Shown: positions 25,328 to 33,730, numbered from the stretch's first letter. The stretch is DNA of 38,894 bases from an uncultured Coriobacteriaceae bacterium (GCA_964418305.1 CAYQLX010000002.1:6064-44957); one strand, 5' to 3'. The notes: a model not told the origin generated them from the sequence alone. A program made the numbers and translations.

Positions 25328-27199
25328 CTATTTGTAGATGTTGGGGATGGTGACGGACGTGGCGTCATCACCACCAAAGTAGAAGCTGACCTTGGGTTTG
25401 GCGATATCTGCGTTTTCCTCATAAGGGAGACGACCGTAGTAGTACATGCGGTCGCAAGAGTTGGCCAAAGTCACGCGCAGGCAATGCCCCTTCTTCACGC
25501 GATACGACGTAGGCATAACGTCGATATCGAGCGCGTACTTGGTACCAAGCTCGAGGTACTGGCTGTCGCTTTCCTTGCAGGGGTGCCACGGCAAACCCAG
25601 ATAGTCGTAGGGGCATTCCTCGACGGAGCGCTTAGAAGCCCTGAGCTGGCCTTGCGTGATGAGGAAGCACTCGTCTGTCGCGGGGTTGTAGTCAGAAATC
25701 ATCGCAAAGACGTCAACGTCGTAATCCTTGTCCATCCAACCTGGCTCGTCCAAGGAAAAGACAGCGTGCACCATGGGATGTCCGATGATATCGAAGTCGT
25801 CTTCAAGCGCGGCCGAGGTAAACGTCACGCCCTGCTGGTCAAACCCGTTGCCCTTATCCGTTGTGGTGAGCTTGCTCTCCACACCGCAGCCGGGGCCATA
25901 AGGATCCACAAACTCAAAGGCTTCCTCGTTTGCCGGGCAATCAAGTACCAAAGCGCCCTGATCAAGATCGGAGCCAGAGAGCTTCTGTGTCGTGGTGGGA
26001 TAGAAGACCTTCCTTATGCCCTCAGAGACAGGCCAGTCCTTGCGTCCCACGTAAGAGCCGGTGTCTGCGCCTGCTACGGTATGACGCTCGAAGTTGTAGT
26101 TGCAGAGCTTGTAGTTGACCGGCTGCTCGGTATCGACGCCGTTGTCAATGCCCTTGAGCCAATGGTCAAACCAACGACGCATCTCGATATCCCAGCGGAT
26201 GTCGTACTTCTGGTCCATGTGGTACCACGGACCCATGGTGATCTTCTTGGGAAGCTCGAGGTTTTTGTACATGACAAACGTATCGCGGCGGAAGACATCG
26301 TAGACGCCACCCATGCAATAAACAGCCACGCCGGATTTGTTAACCATGTCCTTATAGGAGCTAATGCTGATGACCTTCCAGTGCTCGCCGTCTGCCTCCA
26401 GATAGGAGTCGCGATGCACCAGGTCCCTCATGATGCCAACCTGGTCGCCGTTGTCCAAGTGCATGCGGCAGGCCTCACGCAGCTGGGAGCCATCCAAATC
26501 ATCGTCGACAGGAATCGTCATCGCGGCAAGCTTCTCAACCATCTTGCGGACGCTTTCCTCGTCTTGGGCGTCAAAGTCATCGGGATGGGTCTCGAAGGCG
26601 CGCGGAATACCGCCGCGCAGCCAGCCGTCGTACTTGTCAAAATCCGTCATGCAGGTAAAGCTCGCTTTGAGGCCCTCGGGGCAGGTGGAGATGCACTCCA
26701 AGGTAGTCTGGCCGGTGTAGGAGTAACCGGCAATGCCGACCTTACCCGTGGTAAAGGGCTGCTGGGCAAGCCATTCGATAATCTCTTTGCCGTCTTGTGC
26801 TTCACGACGGGAGTTAGTGGTAACGCGAACGCCATAGGAAGCACCGGTGCCGCGCACGTCGGCAATTGCCACAACGTAGCCGTAGCGGGTCAGATCGAGC
26901 AAGCCCTCGATGCCCCAATCGTCAAAGCGCGGCTCACCGCCCTTTACGCCGTAAAGCTTAGTAGCCTCCTGCGCAGAGGCGATTCGACCGTAGGGGGTGT
27001 AGTGGAAGACAACCGGCAGGGGCTTTTCTTCTACAACACCGCCACACATGGGGCGGTAGTAATCGACAGCAATCTTGGTGCCATCGCTAACCTCGTAGTA
27101 CTGGCTCGTACGCTGTGCGTCGTCATAGTGCGCGTCGTTATAGCCTTCGTACTGGCCGATGCTAGACGTCTTTATGAAAGAAACTGACTTGATAGACAT
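25328..27199 (-). CDS. CocE/NonD-family (S15, X-Pro dipeptidyl-peptidase fold) serine hydrolase
   Basis: Start set at ATG 27197-27199, because the track start at 27205 is TTG. DVRGTGASYG, nucleophile motif AGYSYTGQ, and a large C-terminal beta-domain. No signal peptide. RBS GAGGA. Confidence 0.85.
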   Translation of the reverse strand: MSIKSVSFIKTSSIGQYEGYNDAHYDDAQRTSQYYEVSDGTKIAVDYYRPMCGGVVEEKPLPVVFHYTPYGRIASAQEATKLYGVKGGEPRFDDWGIEGLLDLTRYGYVVAIADVRGTGASYGVRVTTNSRREAQDGKEIIEWLAQQPFTTGKVGIAGYSYTGQTTLECISTCPEGLKASFTCMTDFDKYDGWLRGGIPRAFETHPDDFDAQDEESVRKMVEKLAAMTIPVDDDLDGSQLREACRMHLDNGDQVGIMRDLVHRDSYLEADGEHWKVISISSYKDMVNKSGVAVYCMGGVYDVFRRDTFVMYKNLELPKKITMGPWYHMDQKYDIRWDIEMRRWFDHWLKGIDNGVDTEQPVNYKLCNYNFERHTVAGADTGSYVGRKDWPVSEGIRKVFYPTTTQKLSGSDLDQGALVLDCPANEEAFEFVDPYGPGCGVESKLTTTDKGNGFDQQGVTFTSAALEDDFDIIGHPMVHAVFSLDEPGWMDKDYDVDVFAMISDYNPATDECFLITQGQLRASKRSVEECPYDYLGLPWHPCKESDSQYLELGTKYALDIDVMPTSYRVKKGHCLRVTLANSCDRMYYYGRLPYEENADIAKPKVSFYFGGDDATSVTIPNIYK

Positions 27200-27215
27200 A
27201 AACAAATCCTCGATT

Positions 27216-27233
27216 CATCTAGGTATCGATGTT
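27216..27233. promoter_or_regulatory. CATCTAGGTATCGATGTT upstream of the CocE/NonD gene (shares TATCGATGTT with 25118-25127)
   Basis: 10-mer identity plus a degenerate left half-site. It lies 17-34 nt upstream of ATG 27199, in the divergent region with PucR-B. Confidence 0.3.
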
Positions 27234-27296
27234 GAGAATATATCCGCTGCGCTTTGTTGTACCTATGGATTTGATGCACACAAAAGCTATTATTCA

Positions 27297-27320
27297 ATGT
27301 GAGTTTTGACCATGTGAGTT
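27297..27320. promoter_or_regulatory. Direct repeat ATGTGAGTT x2 upstream of PucR-B
   Basis: 27297-27305 and 27312-27320 are identical 9-mers with a 15-nt period, 58-81 nt upstream of ATG 27378. Confidence 0.3.
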
Positions 27321-27377
27321 CTCTTACCCACGGCATATCTTTTTTTACATGCGACGGGTTATCGCAAAGGAGACCAT

Positions 27378-28571
27378 ATGAAGACCGCCGACTTCATTCT
27401 TAAAGGCTTAGGGCTTCACGCATGCGCGCATGCAACCAACTACCACGGGACGGATTTGCCCAAAGGCATCATATTTCTCACAGAAAACACCCAGCCCCGC
27501 AAAGACTATATGCACATAGCAGCCTTGGACGACCTACTCAGATTCAAACTCACACCGGAGGCGTTGGCAGAATGCTACGTGTTCACGGTAGCACCCGATG
27601 CCGTGAGCACGATTCAGATACCACCGCTTGAAAACGTGTCGTTGTACCAAACGGACCTCGACTGCTTTGAGCTTTATAACCTGCTTACCGACATCTGCGA
27701 GCGTATGAAGTCAAGCCCCATCACGCGCGCATCAAGCGGCCACAACTTCGCGGATTTCATACATGACGTGGTCTCTATGAACATCACCCGCGCCGACGAG
27801 ATACTCACGCATCTGCGCAAGTTTCCCAACGTAAACGACGCCGGATACCGCATCCTGTCCTTTGAGTTCGATGACAAAGACCCAAGCGACACCCAGTATT
27901 CGCGCCTCATCAACACGGTACAAAAGATCTTCCCCTACTCAAACTCTGCCATCTACTTTGGACGCGTCGTCACCATGGCACAATCCATCGCAAGAGAGAA
28001 AGACGTCATTGTCATGCCGCAGACGCACATGGACAAACTCGTCAAAGCATGCGAGGACCATAAATGCTGCTGCGGTGTGAGCAACACGACGATAAATTGG
28101 ACGATGATACGCACGAACTTCATCAGCGCGAGCACGACGCTGGATATAGGACGCGCCATGAGAAAAGACCCCAATCAACGCGTGTTCTTATCAGAAAAAG
28201 CGCTGGTCTATCGCATGTTGGACATCTATTATCGCGATTTCAAGAGGGAATTCAGGCATGATAGCTACATCTACATGCTTCATCCCGGATTAGCTGCCGT
28301 GATCCGCTACGACGCCGCCCACGACACAGATCTGCGCAAGCTGCTCTACAGCTATCTGCGCAACGAGCGCAATCTCACACGCACCGCCACAGAGATGAGC
28401 ATGCACCGCAACACCGTCATCTACAAGGTCAAGACCCTTACCTCGCTTGTCGAAGACGACCTTGATGACCCGATCATAAGGTTGAGGTTGCTGCTTAGCT
28501 GCATGATGTGTGATTACGCCGAGAAAGCCTTTGGCATTCCGCCGACGAGCTTTCCGGGGTACACAAAGTAA
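27378..28571 (+). CDS. PucR/CdaR-family transcriptional regulator, paralogue B
   Basis: RBS AAGGAGA. C-terminal HTH LYSYLRNERNLTRTATEMSMHRNTVIYKVKTLTSLV. Shares LPKGII, TDLDC..LYNLL, FA.FIHDV and YMYMLYPG/YIYMLHPG with paralogue A. Confidence 0.8.
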   Translation: MKTADFILKGLGLHACAHATNYHGTDLPKGIIFLTENTQPRKDYMHIAALDDLLRFKLTPEALAECYVFTVAPDAVSTIQIPPLENVSLYQTDLDCFELYNLLTDICERMKSSPITRASSGHNFADFIHDVVSMNITRADEILTHLRKFPNVNDAGYRILSFEFDDKDPSDTQYSRLINTVQKIFPYSNSAIYFGRVVTMAQSIAREKDVIVMPQTHMDKLVKACEDHKCCCGVSNTTINWTMIRTNFISASTTLDIGRAMRKDPNQRVFLSEKALVYRMLDIYYRDFKREFRHDSYIYMLHPGLAAVIRYDAAHDTDLRKLLYSYLRNERNLTRTATEMSMHRNTVIYKVKTLTSLVEDDLDDPIIRLRLLLSCMMCDYAEKAFGIPPTSFPGYTK

Positions 28572-28649
28572 TCTAGAGACGCGCACGCGCGTACAGAACC
28601 ACGCGCACAGGGCGCCGCGGGCTATGACGCTGGCGCTTGGAGCCCTCCC

Positions 28650-29819
28650 CTACTGGCCCTTACGCAGGTACTCGTCGATAACGCGCTTTGACGCGATGCG
28701 AACCATAATCTCGTCTGTTCCCTGGGCAAGCTGATAACCACGGCAATCGTTCCAGATGCGTCCAACACGCGTTAGGCGTGTGTAACCCAAGCCGCCAAAG
28801 ATCTGAAGCGCCTCCGAAGCGACCTCTGTTGCGGCCTTAGGTACGAAGCGTTTGGCCAAAGCGGCAGAGAGTCTGCAATCCTGCCCGGCGTCCACTTGGA
28901 TCGCAGCCTGCTCTATCAGCGACCTCATAGAGCGAATCTTTATCTCCATATCGGTGATTTTCTCTTGGATTTGGGCCAGGTTGGAGATAGTTGAGCCAAA
29001 GCACACGCGGCTAGAAGCGTACTTCACGGCGTCGTCCATCGCCGCCTGTGCAAGACCCAAAGACGCAGCACAGGCAAGGATACGGCCGACGGCAAAGGCA
29101 TCGGTCATAGGCGCGTGCGCACGGCCGCGCTCACCAATGACAAACTCCGGGCGCATCTCTACGTCCTCGAACTTAATCATCGCCTGCGGGGTCATGGTCT
29201 GGCCGATTGTCTCTATGGGGTAGGTGCTCACGCCCGGCAAGGTCCTGGGAAAAAGCCAAAACGTAAGACGTTGGTCTTTGTCTGTCGAGTCCTCCTCTTT
29301 GGCGACGGCCATGATATAAGGCTCGAACTGGCCATTGCTCACGTACATTTTCATGCCGTTCAGATAGACTTTGCCATCCCGCGTGACGGTGGAAGTCTCC
29401 ATGGCAAAGGTGTCGGTTCCAGAAGACGGCTCTGTGATCGCCTCGGAAAAACCCGTGGCGCCTGTCGATTCAATCATGTTGCGCACCAGGTCAAAGTGGT
29501 CCTCACCACCTAAGATCTGCATCAATCGAATGCTGAGGATATGAGTGAGAAACGGCAACGCCGCCCCTGCCGTGCGATGCAGCTCCTCAATAACAAAGAT
29601 TTGGGTCATGAAATCGGCAGGTACTCCGCCCAATGCCTCGGGCAGACCCATCTTGCCTAGGTCACTCGCGTAAAACGCCTTGAGAACATCGGATGGCATG
29701 CCCTGCCCTTTGCACCAGCTCTGTATGCTCTTCTCATCCAGGTACTTATCGGAAAAATCCCTTACAAGTTCTTGGACCTCAAGACGACGCTTGTCATACT
29801 GCGTGGTTTCCAAAGCCAT
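28650..29819 (-). CDS. Acyl-CoA dehydrogenase-fold flavoprotein lacking both canonical catalytic Glu positions (ACAD-2)
   Basis: Start trimmed to ATG 29817-29819 (MALETTQYD) after GAGGGA. ITEPSSGTD, GLAQAAMDDAVKYASSR, FGGLGYT. Gly245 (codon 29085-29087) sits at the IVD-type base position and Gln366 (28722-28724) at the MCAD-type base position. Confidence 0.85.
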   Translation of the reverse strand: MALETTQYDKRRLEVQELVRDFSDKYLDEKSIQSWCKGQGMPSDVLKAFYASDLGKMGLPEALGGVPADFMTQIFVIEELHRTAGAALPFLTHILSIRLMQILGGEDHFDLVRNMIESTGATGFSEAITEPSSGTDTFAMETSTVTRDGKVYLNGMKMYVSNGQFEPYIMAVAKEEDSTDKDQRLTFWLFPRTLPGVSTYPIETIGQTMTPQAMIKFEDVEMRPEFVIGERGRAHAPMTDAFAVGRILACAASLGLAQAAMDDAVKYASSRVCFGSTISNLAQIQEKITDMEIKIRSMRSLIEQAAIQVDAGQDCRLSAALAKRFVPKAATEVASEALQIFGGLGYTRLTRVGRIWNDCRGYQLAQGTDEIMVRIASKRVIDEYLRKGQ

Positions 29820-29933
29820 GCCATCCCTCGAGACAGATCGGTCAAAGCTCTCATGAAGCTCGACGTTCTTACATAACAACCCTGCTATTAGAAAACAAAT
29901 TTTACAGCTATCACAAAGCTGCAGGGCAAAAGC

Positions 29934-29997
29934 AAGAGCCGCTGCATAGGCGAGCGTGCAAGGGACGTGCCCTAACACCCGCCGCGCAGCGGCTCTT
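29934..29997 (-). terminator. Long-range 12-bp stem after etfA (possible terminator or processing structure)
   Basis: AAGAGCCGCTGC (29934-29945) pairs with GCAGCGGCTCTT (29986-29997), with a nested AGGG/CCCT hairpin. On the minus strand it is followed by GCTTTTGCCC. Confidence 0.4.
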
Positions 29998-30020
29998 TGC
30001 GTCTATATCAAAGTCAGCTT

Positions 30021-30914
30021 CTACAGAAGCGCGTTGAGCGCGGGAAGAACCTCTTTGATATCGCCAACCAGGCCGTAATCGCACTGCTTAAAGACAGGTG
30101 CGTTCTCATCCTTGTTGATGGCAAAGATAACGCCACTGCGGTTTGCGCCGACCATGTGCTGCATCTGGCCAGAAACGCCAGCGGCAACATAAACCTTGGG
30201 AGAAAGCATGAGGCCAGAGACGCCGATGTAGGACTCGGTGGGCATCCAGCCGTTGCCCTCGGCCAAGGGGCGCGTGCAACCCAGACCAGCACCGATCTTG
30301 TCACAAAGCTCGCGAGCCAAGTCAAGGTCTGCTTCCTCGGCAAAACCACGGCCAGCGGCAACGACGACATCGGACTTGGTCAAGTCAACGCCGGTCTTTT
30401 CAACAGGCTGGCTGGAGACGACGCGGATGGCCTTTTGAGGAGCAACCCACTCGAGAGCAGTAGCCTCAGCGCAAGAACCAGTGGGCTCTGCGGCGTCAGG
30501 GAAGGCAGAAGGAGTCGCGGTGTAGAAAGCAACCGCGCCTGCCGCCTTGCGCGTAATCTGGCCAACGCCGCCGTAGTACATGGAGGTTGCGGCGCCATCG
30601 GCAATAGACATGGCGTCGGTGATAACAGCAGCGCCAGCAGCAGCTGCCATATGGCCGACGACAGACTTGATGTGGCGGGTGGGCTCTGCGATTACGATTG
30701 CAGCGCCCTCTGCAGCGGGCTTGAGGCTCTCTGCCGCGTCATCAGCAGCGCAGCCAGCCGGAACGGCAACGGTATAAGCCGCATCGGCGGTGTTGGGGGC
30801 GTAAGCAGCGCCGCCAACCAGGGCAACGGCGACTTCGTCGCCAAGAGTGCGTGCACCAGCGCAAAGCTGAGCGGCGACGTCGGAGTGTTCAGCGATTACC
30901 AGAACTTTCATCAT
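30021..30914 (-). CDS. etfA: Electron transfer flavoprotein alpha subunit (FixB/YdiR-like)
   Basis: 297 aa, collinear by eye with remembered E. coli FixB: VVAAGRGF, CTRPLAEGNGWM, YIGVSG, AAGVSGQMQHMVGA, IFAINKDENAPVF. Confidence 0.9.
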   Translation of the reverse strand: MMKVLVIAEHSDVAAQLCAGARTLGDEVAVALVGGAAYAPNTADAAYTVAVPAGCAADDAAESLKPAAEGAAIVIAEPTRHIKSVVGHMAAAAGAAVITDAMSIADGAATSMYYGGVGQITRKAAGAVAFYTATPSAFPDAAEPTGSCAEATALEWVAPQKAIRVVSSQPVEKTGVDLTKSDVVVAAGRGFAEEADLDLARELCDKIGAGLGCTRPLAEGNGWMPTESYIGVSGLMLSPKVYVAAGVSGQMQHMVGANRSGVIFAINKDENAPVFKQCDYGLVGDIKEVLPALNALL

Positions 30915-30925
30915 GTTCTCTCTTC

Positions 30926-31684
30926 CTACTGGAGTGCGCTCTTGAGAGCTTGTGCGAACTGGTCGATTGCGCCGTCATCCGCAGCATTGGCAATCTGGAG
31001 CTTGCGCTCGGCAGCCTCGGGGGCCTTGACTGCCTCGATCTGCGTAGCGGCGGCGGGCTGGCAGGGAGCACCGGTGACGTTCATGGGCTTCTTGCCGGCC
31101 TTGAGGATGTCCTTCATGCCGGGGATACGGGGCAGGGCAACCTCAGGCGTGACTGCTACCAGGCAGGGGAAGTCGAGCTCGACGACCTCGACGACGTCTT
31201 CCAGGCGACGCGTTGCCTTCACGCCGTTGCCGGTGACCTCGATGGAGGACACAGCGTTGACAGCAGGAATGCCGAGGGCATGGGCGAGCTGCACGTCGAC
31301 TTGCTGAGCGTAGTTATCGGCAGAGCCGTCGCCGCAGACGATCAGGTCGAACTCCTCGTCGCCGAGCGCCGCAGAGAGGACCTGTGCGGTTGCATGAGCG
31401 TCCATATCGGCGCAGGCGTCGTCTGCCACCATGATCAGCTCGTCGGCGCCGCGGGCCAAGATGTTCTTCTTGAGCTTGGACTCATCGATGGCGGCATCGC
31501 CAGCGGTGAGAACCTTGACGCTGGAGCCTTCGTCGGCTGCAGCAAGCTGGGCGGCAATCTCAATCGCGTTGGTGTCGTAAGCAGAGATCGTCGGGCGCGC
31601 CTTGGACATATCCAAAGAGCCGTCTGCCGCTGCGGTGATGTCTTGGTCGTCTGCAACGACCTTAACAGCAGTGATGATCTTCAT
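30926..31684 (-). CDS. etfB: Electron transfer flavoprotein beta subunit (FixA/YdiQ-like)
   Basis: 252 aa. MKIITAVKVV, AYDTNAIEIAAQL, DLIVCGDGSADNYAQQV and LPRIPGMKDILKAGKKP match remembered E. coli FixA. Confidence 0.9.
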   Translation of the reverse strand: MKIITAVKVVADDQDITAAADGSLDMSKARPTISAYDTNAIEIAAQLAAADEGSSVKVLTAGDAAIDESKLKKNILARGADELIMVADDACADMDAHATAQVLSAALGDEEFDLIVCGDGSADNYAQQVDVQLAHALGIPAVNAVSSIEVTGNGVKATRRLEDVVEVVELDFPCLVAVTPEVALPRIPGMKDILKAGKKPMNVTGAPCQPAAATQIEAVKAPEAAERKLQIANAADDGAIDQFAQALKSALQ

Positions 31685-31718
31685 TCGAATCTCCCTATCT
31701 TTCAGGCTTCAAAGAGGC

Positions 31719-32879
31719 TTAGTTCTTGGCGTACTTCTTGGCCAGCTGACGACCAGCGATGTAGCACATAATCTCGTCGGTGCCACCTGCGATCTGCATA
31801 CCGCGCAGGTCAACCCAGATGCGACCGAGGCGAGTCTCGTCCGTGTAGCCCAGGCCGCCGTAGATCTGCATAGCCTCGCTTGCGACCTCGGTGCAAACCT
31901 TGCCTGCGTAGTACTTGAGCAGTGCGGAGTCGATGCGGACGCTCTCGTTGTTGTCCATCTTCCACAGCGTCTTGTAAAGCATATTGCGGCTGTTCTGCAG
32001 CGCGATCTCCATCTCGGTGAGCTTGAGCTGGATGAGCTGGTAGTTATACAGCGGCTTGCCAAAGGTGGTGCGCTGGGACACATAGGCGGCTGCGTCGTCC
32101 ATAGCTGCCTGAGCGCAACCGATGCACTGTGCGACGATGAGGCAACGCTCCATCTCGAAGTTCTTCATCAGGTTGTAGAAGCCCTTGCCAGGCTCGCCGA
32201 TACGCATGTCCTCGGTGAGCACGACGCCATCGAAGTACATCTCGCAGAAAGCGGAGACCTGCTGGCCAATCTTGTGCAGCGGAGCCGTGGAAAGACCGGG
32301 AGCATCCTTGGGGATAATCCACATGGACATGGACTTGTTCTCGCGGGAGGGGTCCTCGTCCTTGGCGATAACCAAGACGTTGGGGAAGACTTCGCCCTGG
32401 GTAACCCAGGTCTTCTGGCCGGACAGAATGTAGGTGCCGTCAGCCTGCTTCTTGGTCACGCAGGTCATGGCCTGGTTGTCAGAGCCAGCACCCGGCTCGG
32501 AAAAGCCCAAAGAGAAGATGGGCTCGCCGCTCTCCATGTAAGCACCCATGGCGGAGTTGATCTGATCGGGGGTGGCGCCAAACTCGATGAAGTCCCTCAT
32601 GGCAAGAGTGTTGTTGAGGGTAGGCAGTGCGCATCCGGAATAATGTGCGAACTCCTCGGTGAGGATGCCCAGAGTCACAGCGTCGGTATCGATGCCTTCG
32701 TACTCCTCGGGGATACCCATGAGACCAAAGCCATTCTCCATCCAGGCATCGGTGAGCTCCTTGCTCATCTTGTGGTCTTTGTACATCTGAGTAATCTTGT
32801 CTTCTGTCGTGTAGCGCTCGCAGAACTCCTTGATGCTGTCGACAAGAAGCGCCTGCTCATCTGTGTAGCTGAAATCCAT
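31719..32879 (-). CDS. Acyl-CoA dehydrogenase, CaiA (crotonobetainyl-CoA reductase)-like (ACAD-1)
   Basis: Start trimmed to ATG 32877-32879 (MDFSYTDEQALLV, compare CaiA MDFNLNDEQELFV) after GGGAGG. FSEPGAGSD; the IVD/CaiA-type base is retained in FEMERCLIV; Gly sits at the MCAD-type position (IAGGTDEIM). Confidence 0.9.
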   Translation of the reverse strand: MDFSYTDEQALLVDSIKEFCERYTTEDKITQMYKDHKMSKELTDAWMENGFGLMGIPEEYEGIDTDAVTLGILTEEFAHYSGCALPTLNNTLAMRDFIEFGATPDQINSAMGAYMESGEPIFSLGFSEPGAGSDNQAMTCVTKKQADGTYILSGQKTWVTQGEVFPNVLVIAKDEDPSRENKSMSMWIIPKDAPGLSTAPLHKIGQQVSAFCEMYFDGVVLTEDMRIGEPGKGFYNLMKNFEMERCLIVAQCIGCAQAAMDDAAAYVSQRTTFGKPLYNYQLIQLKLTEMEIALQNSRNMLYKTLWKMDNNESVRIDSALLKYYAGKVCTEVASEAMQIYGGLGYTDETRLGRIWVDLRGMQIAGGTDEIMCYIAGRQLAKKYAKN

Positions 32880-33022
32880 TGCCGAACTACCTCCCAAAAA
32901 GAGAATGTTGGTCATATGACCCTTATAGACAGCCCTAGCACAGGGCTTTGCTTATCACATTGTCGCGACCTGAATACAGAGAGGAAATAGGCAGATTTGC
33001 AGTTATGGCTAAGAAAAGGAAA

Positions 33023-33730
33023 CTAAACGAGCGTGAGCGAGAAACTCGTGGCGGTAACCGGGTGGTTTCTTATAGCGCCCTCGATCGACTCGGGCAAGAT
33101 GTTCCAAAACGGATTCTCTGCATCGTCTAGGACCTCGTCTGGCAGCTCTTTGCTACATACAAGGTTCTCGAGCATCCCCACAAACAACGCGAGGCTTCCG
33201 CGCGCGAGGAACCCACGCGTCTGAGCAGGGATGTAGCGCCCGTCGGCGATGAACTCTATATCCTGAAGAAACGCCGGGTAATACAGGTTCTGGATATACA
33301 ACTTGAGGTTATCCGGCTCTTGATCCTTGAACATGGCGCGATAAAACTTCTGCCGCTTCCTAAGGGCCAAGACCATTTGCTTGAGGAAAGCACCCTGGTC
33401 GAACATACGCGCTCCTGTGAGCAAGCGAACATAATAGGGCAACTCCGGGAACAGATCCTTCTCAACGGCAACGCTATCTTGGGCAGGAAAGACATGACTG
33501 CTGCAATCAAAAACCTCCTCAATCATGGAGGCGATATCAGTGCGAAAGATCCAGTAGGCCACGCTGTATTTTGAGGAGAAGTGATAGTAGAAGGAGTTCT
33601 TGTTCACTCCGGCTTTTCTCACGATATCGAGCACGCGAACATCAGCAGGGCCCTCATCGGCAACCATGTCGATGTAAATCTGGGCGAGCTTTTCTTTCGT
33701 GTTGCCCCCTGCGCTTTTGCCTTTAGCCAC
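33023..33730 (-). CDS. TetR/AcrR family transcriptional regulator
   Basis: N-terminal HTH VRVLDIVRKAGVNKNSFYYHFSSKYSVAYWIF. GTG start follows AGGACGAG, 18 nt downstream of the MFS stop. Confidence 0.85.
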   Translation of the reverse strand: MAKGKSAGGNTKEKLAQIYIDMVADEGPADVRVLDIVRKAGVNKNSFYYHFSSKYSVAYWIFRTDIASMIEEVFDCSSHVFPAQDSVAVEKDLFPELPYYVRLLTGARMFDQGAFLKQMVLALRKRQKFYRAMFKDQEPDNLKLYIQNLYYPAFLQDIEFIADGRYIPAQTRGFLARGSLALFVGMLENLVCSKELPDEVLDDAENPFWNILPESIEGAIRNHPVTATSFSLTLV

